This document shows, one piece after another, positions 10,944 to 20,087 of a stretch of 64,000 nt of DNA. A model generated the notes under the pieces. The model saw only the letters and a program-made list of their open reading frames with translations, had not been told where the DNA came from and did no database searches. The stretch is taken from the NCBI GenBank assembly GCA_963666055.2, contig CAXWPH010000012.1, forward strand, positions 1 through 64,000, written 5' to 3'. Both the position numbers and the translations under genes were made by a program. This DNA comes from Acidobacteriota bacterium (GTDB lineage: Bacteria > Acidobacteriota > UBA890 > WLXD01). Each line of letters opens with the position of its first letter. Positions within the stretch are counted from its first letter, which is position 1.

Positions 10944-12446
10944 ATGAGCCAAGAGAAAGGCAAGGGCCAGAAAGACGGCATGAGCCGGCGCGACTTCGCC
11001 AAGTCCTCGATTGCTGCGGGTACCGCTGCGGTCACGCTTCCGAAAGGGCTGCGCGCCGAGGCCACGCCGGGCAGCAGCGTCACAGCAAGCGAAACGACCT
11101 ACGGGCGAACCCATCGCCCGCCTCCGCCGCCGGAGACGCGCGGCTATGGTGGGCTTGGAGCCGGAGAGGCGCCCGCCGCGCGCGCACCAGAGAAGACCCG
11201 CCCGAGCTATCCGAATGGCTGGAAGGAAGGCTCGACCATTCCGGCCGAGTACTACGTCGACGAGAGGCATTACGTCGCAGATGAGCGTTTCCTCGCCGAC
11301 AACATCTGGCTCTACGTCGATCACGAGAGCCGCATTCCCGAGCCGGGAGATTACTTCGTGTTCGAGATGGGGCGCTCGGAGAGCGTCATCATCGTACGCG
11401 GCACGGATAGCCAGATCCGGGCCTTCCACAATGTTTGCCGTCACCGTGGCTCGCGGCTCTGTCGACACGATGGCGATTCGATCCCGGGCGATCCGCGGCT
11501 GTCCGTCAAGCAGCTGGGGCAGACCGGCAACTCGCCCGTGTTCCGTTGCCCATACCACGCCTGGACGTACGACACCGAGGGCAGTCTGATCTATGCCTAC
11601 GGCATGCAAGAGGACTTCGACGCGGCCGACAACGGCTTGATCCCGTGCCATCTGCGAACGGCGGAGGGCAGCATCTTCGTCAACCTGTCGCAGCAGGCCG
11701 AGCCACCGGACTTCGAGTCCTCCGTCGCAAGACTGCGGATCATCGGCCAGTACTACGGACACGCGGGTCTGAAGATCGCCTCCCGCGACAGCTACGTGAT
11801 CAACGCCAACTGGAAGCTGGTGTTGGAGAACTTCGCAGAGTGCTACCACTGTGGGCCAACCCACAAGGGACTAACCACGACCCACCACTACGACCACGAG
11901 CTCACGCCGGAGCAGATGGCGGCGCGCAGCGCGGCGGTAGCAGAATGGCTGACACCGGCGGGCAGGATACGACCTGAGGGCACCGAGCAGGGGCCGAGGT
12001 TGGTGGGGAACCTGAACGCCGGGTTTGTCACCGGTTCCCCCGACGGCAAGTCGGTGGCCCCGTTACTTCCCAACATCAAGCAGCCGACACACGGCACCAA
12101 CGAAGCGCAGACTGGACACTACACCGGCTACTGGCAATCCTACGACGACTATGTCGTCGCGATCCGCTTCACGCCTCGAGATGTCGCGCGCACCGACTGT
12201 GAGGTCGTCTGGCTGGTGCACCCGGACGCGGTGGAGGGAAGAGACTACGATCTGGACAAGCTCAAGGCGTTCTGGCAGGTCATCGTCCAGGAAGATGGCT
12301 GGGTCATCGACAACAACCACAGGGGCATTCTCTCGGGCGCCTATCGCTCGGGTCGGTACTCTACCCATGAGAACTCGACGGCCGATTTCATCAAGTGGTA
12401 CATGGGCGAGGTGGTGACGACGGGAGAGCCTACGGACCTGGCGTAG
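10944..12446 (+). CDS. Rieske oxygenase alpha subunit paralog 2 with Tat signal
   Basis: MSRRDFAKSSIAAGTAAVTLPKGLRA leader, CRH...CPYH, NWKLVLENFAECYHCGPTH, QED. Confidence 0.92.
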   Translation: MSQEKGKGQKDGMSRRDFAKSSIAAGTAAVTLPKGLRAEATPGSSVTASETTYGRTHRPPPPPETRGYGGLGAGEAPAARAPEKTRPSYPNGWKEGSTIPAEYYVDERHYVADERFLADNIWLYVDHESRIPEPGDYFVFEMGRSESVIIVRGTDSQIRAFHNVCRHRGSRLCRHDGDSIPGDPRLSVKQLGQTGNSPVFRCPYHAWTYDTEGSLIYAYGMQEDFDAADNGLIPCHLRTAEGSIFVNLSQQAEPPDFESSVARLRIIGQYYGHAGLKIASRDSYVINANWKLVLENFAECYHCGPTHKGLTTTHHYDHELTPEQMAARSAAVAEWLTPAGRIRPEGTEQGPRLVGNLNAGFVTGSPDGKSVAPLLPNIKQPTHGTNEAQTGHYTGYWQSYDDYVVAIRFTPRDVARTDCEVVWLVHPDAVEGRDYDLDKLKAFWQVIVQEDGWVIDNNHRGILSGAYRSGRYSTHENSTADFIKWYMGEVVTTGEPTDLA

Positions 12447-12469
12447 GTTGCCCAGGGAGCGGCGGATCG

Positions 12470-14266
12470 ATGATGAAAACCGGGCCCCGGCTGCTAATCG
12501 CTCTGCTGGCGAGTCTGAGCGCATTGGCTTGCCGGCCGTCAACCGACGACTCCTCGCCAGGCGATGCTGGCGGTCCTGCCGATTCGGTCCTGCGCGGCGG
12601 TAGGTTCTTTACCCTCGACGAAGCCCAGGTCTGGGCGGAAGCTGTCGCGATCAGGGACGGCCGGTTCGTCTACGTGGGCGACGACGCGGGCGCACAGAGA
12701 TTCGTTGGTCCCGATACCGATCGCCATGACCTCGGCGGCAGGCTGACCCTTCCCGGTCTGGTGGATTCCCATACCCACCCGGGTCTGATGGGGCGGGTGT
12801 CGGCCGGGTATATCGCGGTCCCTGTAGGTGGTGGTCCGAGAGGGAGCCTGCCGAGGGGCGGGAGCAATGAGGAGGTGGTCGCCGCGGTGCAGGCGTATGC
12901 TCAGGCCAACCCGGATCTTCCCTGGATCGAGATGGGTAGCTGGTCCGGGCACGTGTACGGCAAGGCGGGCCCACACAGGCGAGATCTGGATCGCGTCGTA
13001 CCGGATCGACCTGTGATGCTGGGAGACGGCACCGGCCATAGCGTCTGGGTCAACTCCGTGGCACTCGAGATGATGGGGGTCGACAGCGACACACCCGATC
13101 CGGTACCCGGTCTTTCAACCTTCGTACGGGATGCCGATGGGGAGCCCACCGGCTGGATCAAGGAATTCGCCGCCTGGCCCTATGCGCGGCCCATTGCTGC
13201 TGCCATTGATCGGGAGTCCAACAAGGAGGGCATCGTCACCTTCTTGGAGTACCTGTCACGTCTCGGCGTTACTACGCTCTTGGACGCCGGTAACTTCGAC
13301 TACCACGATCTCACCTACTCGTTGCTTGCCGAGCTGGAGGGCGCCGGTCGTCTGCCGGTTCGCTACGAGGCCAGCTATCACATCTTCTTGCCCGATCAGG
13401 TGCCCGGTGCGATCGACGAGCTGGAGCGGCTGCGGCGCACCTACGGCGGCGAACGTCTGACGTTCAACACCATCAAGATCCATTTCGACGGCACGGATGA
13501 GCTTCGTAGCGGCGCGGTGCTCGAGCCGTTCAGCGATGACCCGGGCAACCGGGGCACTACGCTCCTCGACACCGAGGAACTGGGCGAGTTCATCGTGCAG
13601 CTTCACGCAGCCAGGATCGATCTGCACCTGCACATCATGGCCGACCGGGGCGTACGCATCGCGCTCGATGCCGTGCAAGCAGCGCGGGAGTCGGTCGACG
13701 GCGAGCTCTATCCGCGCGTCACCATCTGCCACCTGGATATCATCGATGCGGCTGACTACCCCCGTTTCAAACAGCTGGGTGTCATTGCCAACTACACGCC
13801 CCAGTGGCACGGCCTGGGAGACCGGCTGCCGTTGACCGCGCTTACCCTTGGCGATCGCTTCGAGAGGATGCTGCTGGTGCAGCCGTTACTGGATGACGGC
13901 GCCGTCGTGACCTTCTCCAGCGACGTGACATCGCTCCGTGGCATGGAGCGGGCCAACCCGTATCTCGGGATGCAGATCGGCCACAATCGCCAATACCATG
14001 AACAAGGTGCGGATGCGCCAATAAGGCTGCCGATGACCGAACGGCTGGACCTCGAGGACCTGATCAAGGGGTTTACCTTAAGCGGCGCCTATCAGCTCCG
14101 CATGGAGAACCAGCTCGGCTCGATCGAGGTGGGCAAGCTCGCCGACCTGGTGGTGCTCGACCGGAACCTTTTCGAAGTGGACCGCTACGAGATCCACACG
14201 GTGCGACCCGAAGCGGTCTTCATGGAGGGCGAGATCATCAGCGGAAGCTCGGACGCGTGGAGATGA
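12470..14266 (+). CDS. Amidohydrolase-3 (YtcJ/NfdA-like) lipoprotein, paralog 1
   Basis: Lipobox LSALAC, PGLVDSHTH, IKIHFDG, HLHIMAD, ICHLD, FSSD, GSIEVGKLADLVVLD. Confidence 0.9.
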   Translation: MMKTGPRLLIALLASLSALACRPSTDDSSPGDAGGPADSVLRGGRFFTLDEAQVWAEAVAIRDGRFVYVGDDAGAQRFVGPDTDRHDLGGRLTLPGLVDSHTHPGLMGRVSAGYIAVPVGGGPRGSLPRGGSNEEVVAAVQAYAQANPDLPWIEMGSWSGHVYGKAGPHRRDLDRVVPDRPVMLGDGTGHSVWVNSVALEMMGVDSDTPDPVPGLSTFVRDADGEPTGWIKEFAAWPYARPIAAAIDRESNKEGIVTFLEYLSRLGVTTLLDAGNFDYHDLTYSLLAELEGAGRLPVRYEASYHIFLPDQVPGAIDELERLRRTYGGERLTFNTIKIHFDGTDELRSGAVLEPFSDDPGNRGTTLLDTEELGEFIVQLHAARIDLHLHIMADRGVRIALDAVQAARESVDGELYPRVTICHLDIIDAADYPRFKQLGVIANYTPQWHGLGDRLPLTALTLGDRFERMLLVQPLLDDGAVVTFSSDVTSLRGMERANPYLGMQIGHNRQYHEQGADAPIRLPMTERLDLEDLIKGFTLSGAYQLRMENQLGSIEVGKLADLVVLDRNLFEVDRYEIHTVRPEAVFMEGEIISGSSDAWR

Positions 14267-14304
14267 GTAGCGTGACTCGACACCGGCCATCCGGGGAATC
14301 CCGG

Positions 14305-16437
14305 ATGAACCCACACGGTCTGGGCATTGCGGCCAGCGCTGCGGTCGTCGTGGCGATAGTGCTCGGTTTCGTCTTCCACGAAACACTGATGGGAGGCACT
14401 CTGCGCCGCCAGGCGACGGTGGCCGAGGGCATCGGCAGCGTCGACGGCGCCCGGATCGCTCGGGCCGCCGGTGAACCGGGGAACTGGTTCACCGGCGGCC
14501 GTACCTTTTCCGAGCAACGCTTCTCGCCGTTGGTCCAGATCCACCACGACAACGTCGGCGCGCTCGGCTTCGCCTGGGAATACGATCTGCGGACCAAGGG
14601 GCCGCTCGAGGCCTCGCCGGTCGTCATTGACGGCGTCCTGTACGCCAGCGGCACCTGGGGCCGCGTTTACGCCATGGACGCGGCGACGGGTGAGGAACTC
14701 TGGACCTACGATCCGCAGGTGCCCGGCAGCTGGGCTCGCAAAGCGTGTTGTGGCGTGGTCAACCGCGGCTTGGCGGCCTGGAAGGGCTCCATATACGTCG
14801 CTTCCCTCGACGGTCGGCTCGTCCGACTGGACGCCCGCACGGGCGAGCCGCTTTGGGAGCAGGATACGCTGATTGATCGTGACCGTGACTACACCATCAC
14901 CAGCGCCCCTCGCGTCGTGCGGGATCGCGTCGTCATCGGCAACAGCGGCGCCGAGTACGGGGTGCGCGGCTACGTCACCGCTTACGACGTCGAGTCGGGC
15001 GAGCTGGCGTGGCGCTTCTATACCGTACCGGGCGATCCCGACCTGCCCTTCGAGCATCCCGAGATGGAGATGGCGGCGGCCACTTGGGACCCCGACTCGC
15101 TGTGGGAGTTCGGTGGCGGCGGCACCGTATGGGGCGACATGGCCTACGACCCCGAGCTGAACTTGCTGTACGTGGGGACGGGGAACGCCTCGCCTTACCC
15201 CGTGGCGACCAGGAGCCCAGCAGGCGGGGACAACCTGTTTCTGGCATCGATTCTGGCCATCAACCCGGACACGGGTCGGCTCGTGTGGCACTACCAGACG
15301 ACGCCCGGAGAGAACTGGGACTACACGGCGACGCAGAATCTGATCCTGGCCGAGATGGAGATCGATGGTCGCCAGCGAAGGGTCATCATGCAGGCGCCGA
15401 AGAACGGCTTCTTCTATGTAGTCGACCGGCAGACCGGCGAGCTGTTGTCGGCAGAACCGTACGTCAAGGTGAACTGGGCCAGCCACGTGGATCTCACTAC
15501 CGGTCGTCCGGTACAGGTGCCGGCTGGCGACTACGCCGATGAACCGAAGACGGTCAGCCCGTCCTGGTGGGGTGGGCACAACTGGCATCCGATGGCGTTC
15601 AGCCCGATGACCGGGCTCGTCTACATTCCGACGATCGAGTGGCCGACCACCTTCGAGCGTGTGCGCGACCCCGTATACCGTCCGGGCCAGCAAACCACGG
15701 GGGTGAGGACCCAGGGTGGGTCGTTTCCCTACGACGCGCCCGCGGAGGATGAGCCCCACGCCCTCAAGGCCTGGGACCCGGTGGCAAACCGCGAGGTCTG
15801 GCGCGTGAGCTACCGCTTCCCCTACAACGGCGGCCTGCTGACCACAGCCGGCAACCTGGTCTTCCAGGGGACGGTTGACGGTCGCCTGAAGGCCTATGCC
15901 GCGGACACCGGCGCAGAGCTGATGAACATCGAGGTGGGCACCAGCATCATGGCGGCGCCAGTCGCGTATCTCGTAGATAACACCCAGTACATCGCCGTGA
16001 TGGCCGGCTACGGCGGCGGGTCGAACAACCGGGCGTTTCCAGAGGGCTCGGCAGCGATCGAGCGTGGCAACGCGGGACGCATCATCGCGTTCACGCTGGA
16101 CGGAGGGCGCGTGCCGCTTCCGCCGGTCGTCGATCCGCGCCCCGAGATCCCGCTACCGCCCCGACCGGACGCCTCCCCGGAAAAACTCGCTGAGGGACGG
16201 CGAACTTACAGCCGGTTTTGCGCCGATTGCCATCGCATCGATGACCAGCCGACAATAGCACCCAACCTGTTGCGCATGGACGGTGCCGCTCACGACGGGT
16301 TCGAGAGAATCGTTCTCGAGGGGCTCCTCGAAGCCAACGGCATGCCCGACTTCGGCGGCGAGCTTACCGACGACGAGGTCGAGGCGATTCACGCGTTTCT
16401 TGTCGAGACCGCCCACGAGGTGCGGGGCATCGACTGA
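14305..16437 (+). CDS. PQQ-dependent quinohemoprotein dehydrogenase (type II ADH-like) with C-terminal cytochrome c
   Basis: ACCGVVNRG vicinal disulfide motif, GNSGAEYGVRG, GGGTVW, WDYTATQ, APKNGFFY, GGHNWHPM, and C-terminal CADCH...GMP. Confidence 0.93.
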   Translation: MNPHGLGIAASAAVVVAIVLGFVFHETLMGGTLRRQATVAEGIGSVDGARIARAAGEPGNWFTGGRTFSEQRFSPLVQIHHDNVGALGFAWEYDLRTKGPLEASPVVIDGVLYASGTWGRVYAMDAATGEELWTYDPQVPGSWARKACCGVVNRGLAAWKGSIYVASLDGRLVRLDARTGEPLWEQDTLIDRDRDYTITSAPRVVRDRVVIGNSGAEYGVRGYVTAYDVESGELAWRFYTVPGDPDLPFEHPEMEMAAATWDPDSLWEFGGGGTVWGDMAYDPELNLLYVGTGNASPYPVATRSPAGGDNLFLASILAINPDTGRLVWHYQTTPGENWDYTATQNLILAEMEIDGRQRRVIMQAPKNGFFYVVDRQTGELLSAEPYVKVNWASHVDLTTGRPVQVPAGDYADEPKTVSPSWWGGHNWHPMAFSPMTGLVYIPTIEWPTTFERVRDPVYRPGQQTTGVRTQGGSFPYDAPAEDEPHALKAWDPVANREVWRVSYRFPYNGGLLTTAGNLVFQGTVDGRLKAYAADTGAELMNIEVGTSIMAAPVAYLVDNTQYIAVMAGYGGGSNNRAFPEGSAAIERGNAGRIIAFTLDGGRVPLPPVVDPRPEIPLPPRPDASPEKLAEGRRTYSRFCADCHRIDDQPTIAPNLLRMDGAAHDGFERIVLEGLLEANGMPDFGGELTDDEVEAIHAFLVETAHEVRGID

Positions 16438-16496
16438 GACTCCAAGTGTTGTCGGGGAGTGGGTAATGGCGGAAGCCCCCTGTGATCGCTGCGGCG

Positions 16497-18410
16497 CTAG
16501 GTCGCTACGCTGAGCCCCTCGACCGCCAGATGCGCCGCGCCGATGGCGCCTTCGGTCATCGCATTGGCCATCGCATCCGAGTTGGCGATCGCGATGCGGC
16601 CGAAAGGCTGGCGGGCGATGAGCCACGAAGAACGCTCGGGCGGCACTTCATTGAGCCTCCATGCGATCTGACCGGTCTCCAGATCGTGACCGTAGGCATA
16701 GCCGTGCGGCCAGCGGTTCACAGTGATCGCCTCGATATCGCGCGCCGGGTCGAAGCCCCCGGCAGAGAGTATGCGGCCGAGCTGGTCCCTGATCTCGCGC
16801 TCGAAGGTCTCGAACGTCGTCATCACCAGAGCCTGGCGGGCCGCCTTCCACTGCTCCGCCGCGGACCGCCCACGGGCCTCGGGCACCAGGGGGGCGCGCC
16901 ACATGCGCACCACGGTGGGCTCGTCGGGCGTGCTCGCGTGTCGGTAGCCCCCAATGCTGATCGGCGGCGTCAGATTGACGTCGTCGAAATAACTGCCCGG
17001 GCAGCGCACATCGTGCGTGCCGAGCTTCTGGAAGGCGGTCCAGTTGCGGATCAGCACGTTGGTATACACAAGGGGCGCCTTGAGAGCCTGCGATAGAGCC
17101 CGCGTCTGGAGGTCAGGAAGCTCGTCGCAAATGTGAGGAATGACCGCGTTGTAGCAGGCAAGCACACAGCGGCCGGCGCGAACTCGCTGGGCCCGACCGT
17201 GGCGGACGTAGGTGACCTCGACTTCTTCGGCGGTCTGCGGATCACCACGGTGGCCCACCCGCACCGCCGTGCTCTCCAGACGCACGCGGACGGGCGAGTC
17301 TTCCCGATCGAGCTTGCCGTAATCGAATCTGGCCGCGACGACATCCTCCATCGTGGTGCCGGGAGCGACGTCGGGGATCAACGACCGGACGAGCAGGCGC
17401 GCGATCGACGCGTTGCCATCCGGGAACTGGAAGAAGGCGCGCTCCTCGGTGGGTTCGGCGCCGTCATCGTTGTTACCGAATCCGAGCCCGGTGGTTCCTG
17501 GCCGGCTGCCAACGCCGCTCCAGGCGGAGATCGCATCGAAGCCGATCGCCCAGCCGTTGGACGTCTGAAGGAAGGAGATTGCCTCCGGGCTGATCTTGAC
17601 CGCCTGCAAGAGAAAGTCTTCGTAGCTGGTGCGCTGTAGATACTCGACTTTCTCTCCCGAGCTGAGGTGCGCCAGATAATCGACGTTCGACTCGTGGAGT
17701 CGCACGATGTCCTCACGGGCCCTTTCGGACAATGGCGTACGCGCCAGGAAGTCGCGCCAAGAGGGCTCGCCTTCGCCCACCAGCAGACGATCGGTGCCGA
17801 ACGTTTCGCGGTCGAAGAAGACCGACCCGCGCAGGCCGAGCGAGCTGTACAGATCCTCATCGACGAACTCGGCGTAGCGGCTCACGTCGATGCCGATCCC
17901 GTGGATCAGGCGCTGGGCTGCCGCACTGTACCGGTGCAAGTTGGAGATGAAGATGGTGCCGCCATGGGACAGCTCCATCTGACCTTCGTGCCAGAACTCG
18001 TTGCGCTTGGCATGACCACCGAAGTCGTCATGGTTGTCGAGGATCAGGATGCGCGCCCCGGGAACAGCCTCTCGGAAAAACCATGCCGACGCGAGGCCGC
18101 TGATGCCGCCCCCGACCACAATCAGGTCGTAGAGTTCACCCGTCTCCTCCGGATTGTCCCAGCGCATACCATCTCGTAGCTGGTGAGCAACCTCGTAGGA
18201 GCCTTCGTGGCTGCCGCGCATACCGGTCCGGATCGGAGGATACGCAGCCATGGACTGTCGGCTTCGCCCCGGAGTCCCAGGGCTCGCCAGGGCGTGAGTC
18301 TGCGCCCACGGCAACGCGAGGCTGCCGCTCAGCGCTACGCTTACACCGGAGACGAAATCGCGACGGGTGATCTCCCGGCACATTCCCAGATCAAGATCCC
18401 TATCTGTCAT
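16497..18410 (-). CDS. Spermidine dehydrogenase (SpdH)-like flavoprotein paralog 2, intact Tat signal
   Basis: ITRRDFVSG leader, YPPIRTGMRGSH, VGGGISG, DNHDDFGGHAKRNEF, FPDGNASIARLLV, NRWPHGYAY. Confidence 0.9.
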   Translation of the reverse strand: MTDRDLDLGMCREITRRDFVSGVSVALSGSLALPWAQTHALASPGTPGRSRQSMAAYPPIRTGMRGSHEGSYEVAHQLRDGMRWDNPEETGELYDLIVVGGGISGLASAWFFREAVPGARILILDNHDDFGGHAKRNEFWHEGQMELSHGGTIFISNLHRYSAAAQRLIHGIGIDVSRYAEFVDEDLYSSLGLRGSVFFDRETFGTDRLLVGEGEPSWRDFLARTPLSERAREDIVRLHESNVDYLAHLSSGEKVEYLQRTSYEDFLLQAVKISPEAISFLQTSNGWAIGFDAISAWSGVGSRPGTTGLGFGNNDDGAEPTEERAFFQFPDGNASIARLLVRSLIPDVAPGTTMEDVVAARFDYGKLDREDSPVRVRLESTAVRVGHRGDPQTAEEVEVTYVRHGRAQRVRAGRCVLACYNAVIPHICDELPDLQTRALSQALKAPLVYTNVLIRNWTAFQKLGTHDVRCPGSYFDDVNLTPPISIGGYRHASTPDEPTVVRMWRAPLVPEARGRSAAEQWKAARQALVMTTFETFEREIRDQLGRILSAGGFDPARDIEAITVNRWPHGYAYGHDLETGQIAWRLNEVPPERSSWLIARQPFGRIAIANSDAMANAMTEGAIGAAHLAVEGLSVAT

Positions 18411-18478
18411 GCGCACCTCGGCTCGGCGCTGTTCGTCGATCGCCCCACAGTCGCTCCCTGACGCAGCAACTCGGAGAT

Positions 18479-19867
18479 TCAGGTCAGCAGCGTACCCTCT
18501 GGACCCTCGAGGCGGGCAGTCGGACTCTCATGGCGCCGTGGGTTCCACGCTGGCCCGATGTCACCCGCCACGGCGTTCATATACCACTCCATGAATCTGG
18601 ACGGGCTGGGCTCATGGGTGGCGTAGCGGCCAGGCCCGTAGGCGCCGGAGCAAATGCCGGCGTGGTTGTTCTCGCACAACCAGATGTCTTCGAGGAGCGT
18701 GACGAGCCACACCTCCTTCAGCCTCTCTGGATCGTAATCCACGCCGCGCTTCGCATCCGGATGCACGAGCCAGGTGCACTCCACGTCGGTGAGATCGACA
18801 TCACGGGGGGTGAATCGAACCGCGAAGACGTGATCGTCGTATCCGAGCCAGTAGCCTGTAGACCAACCCGTCGTCGTTTCGGTCGACGTGCGCGATGTCG
18901 TCCTCGCGTCGGTGCCCTCGAAGGCGGGTAGCAACGGTGCCGCCAGCTTACCGTCCATCGTGCCGCTGACGAATCCGTTGAGCAGCCCACCCTTCCCTTG
19001 CTTCTCGGACTCCGTCGTGAAGTCAGAGCCCGGGTACACGTAGCAAAGGTAGTCGTGCGACGGCCCGCAGTGGTAGCACTCCAGGAAGTTCTCGAGCGCC
19101 AGCTTCCAGTTGGCGTGCATCGGAACGTAGACGCGTTCGCCGACCTTCAATTGTGCGGTCCCGTGGGGTCCGCCCACATCGCGGCGGAAGGGCTCGACCG
19201 CTGACTCGAACTCCGGCGGTACGGGCTCGCGCGACAGGTTGACGAAGATGAAGCCATCCGCCGTGCGGAGGTGGCAGGGCATGAGACCGTTGTCGGCCGG
19301 GTCGAAGTCTTCCTGCATGCCATAGGCATAGATCAGGCTGCCTTCGGTGTCGTACGTCCAGGCGTGGTACGGGCAGCGGAACACCGGCGAGCTGCCCGAC
19401 TGGCTGAGCTGCTTGACCGACAGGCGCGGATCCTCAGGGATCGGATCCGCATCGTGACGACACAGGCGCGAGCCGCGGTGGCGACACACGTTGTAGAAGC
19501 CGCGGATTTCGTTGTCCTGGCCCCGCACGATCAGGATGCTCTCGCTGCGACCGTACTCGAAGACGAAGTAGTCGCCCGGGTCGGCAATCCTACTTTCGTG
19601 ATCGACCATGAGCCAGAAATGATCGGCCACCAAGCGCTCATCGAACAGGTAGCGCTCTTCGTCCGTGTAGTACTCCGCGTCAATGGTGTTTTTTCGCAAC
19701 CCTGCGGCGTCCGATTCCCCTTCCCCGCCGGCCATCTGGCCCGGGTCTGGAATATCCCTGGCAAGCAGGTTCCTCGGCAACCCGAGGGCGGCGGCGGTGT
19801 ACCCGATAACGGCGCTGCGCGCCAAGTCACGCCGGGTCGACTTCTTGCCGTCCTCTTTCTTGCTCAT
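18479..19867 (-). CDS. Rieske oxygenase alpha subunit paralog 3, Tat-like leader
   Basis: MSKKEDGKKSTRRDLARS, with the same Rieske and mononuclear Fe motifs. An inverted near-duplicate of paralog 1, including ~95 bp upstream. Confidence 0.92.
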   Translation of the reverse strand: MSKKEDGKKSTRRDLARSAVIGYTAAALGLPRNLLARDIPDPGQMAGGEGESDAAGLRKNTIDAEYYTDEERYLFDERLVADHFWLMVDHESRIADPGDYFVFEYGRSESILIVRGQDNEIRGFYNVCRHRGSRLCRHDADPIPEDPRLSVKQLSQSGSSPVFRCPYHAWTYDTEGSLIYAYGMQEDFDPADNGLMPCHLRTADGFIFVNLSREPVPPEFESAVEPFRRDVGGPHGTAQLKVGERVYVPMHANWKLALENFLECYHCGPSHDYLCYVYPGSDFTTESEKQGKGGLLNGFVSGTMDGKLAAPLLPAFEGTDARTTSRTSTETTTGWSTGYWLGYDDHVFAVRFTPRDVDLTDVECTWLVHPDAKRGVDYDPERLKEVWLVTLLEDIWLCENNHAGICSGAYGPGRYATHEPSPSRFMEWYMNAVAGDIGPAWNPRRHESPTARLEGPEGTLLT

Positions 19868-20087
19868 CCTGCCCTCCAAGCTCTCTCCGCCGATGCACTC
19901 TGAGGAGTTGGCGCGTCCTGAGCCATTCGCACTCGATCGCTGCCAGCGACGCGCATCAATCGAGTACAGCTCCTTCAATGCATAGCTATTCGGCCATAGT
20001 TCAACGTCTCACGCCGTCGCAATTCAAACACAGCTTCGCGGCTTTCTCCACGGATCCTTTACCCAATCGACGGGTAGCGCGCCATCG

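Noticed and set aside
15270-15340. Lanthanide-dependent PQQ dehydrogenase
   Set aside because: The motif is WDYTATQ. The extra Asp (D-Y-D) of Ln-binding enzymes is missing, consistent with a Ca-type quinohemoprotein.
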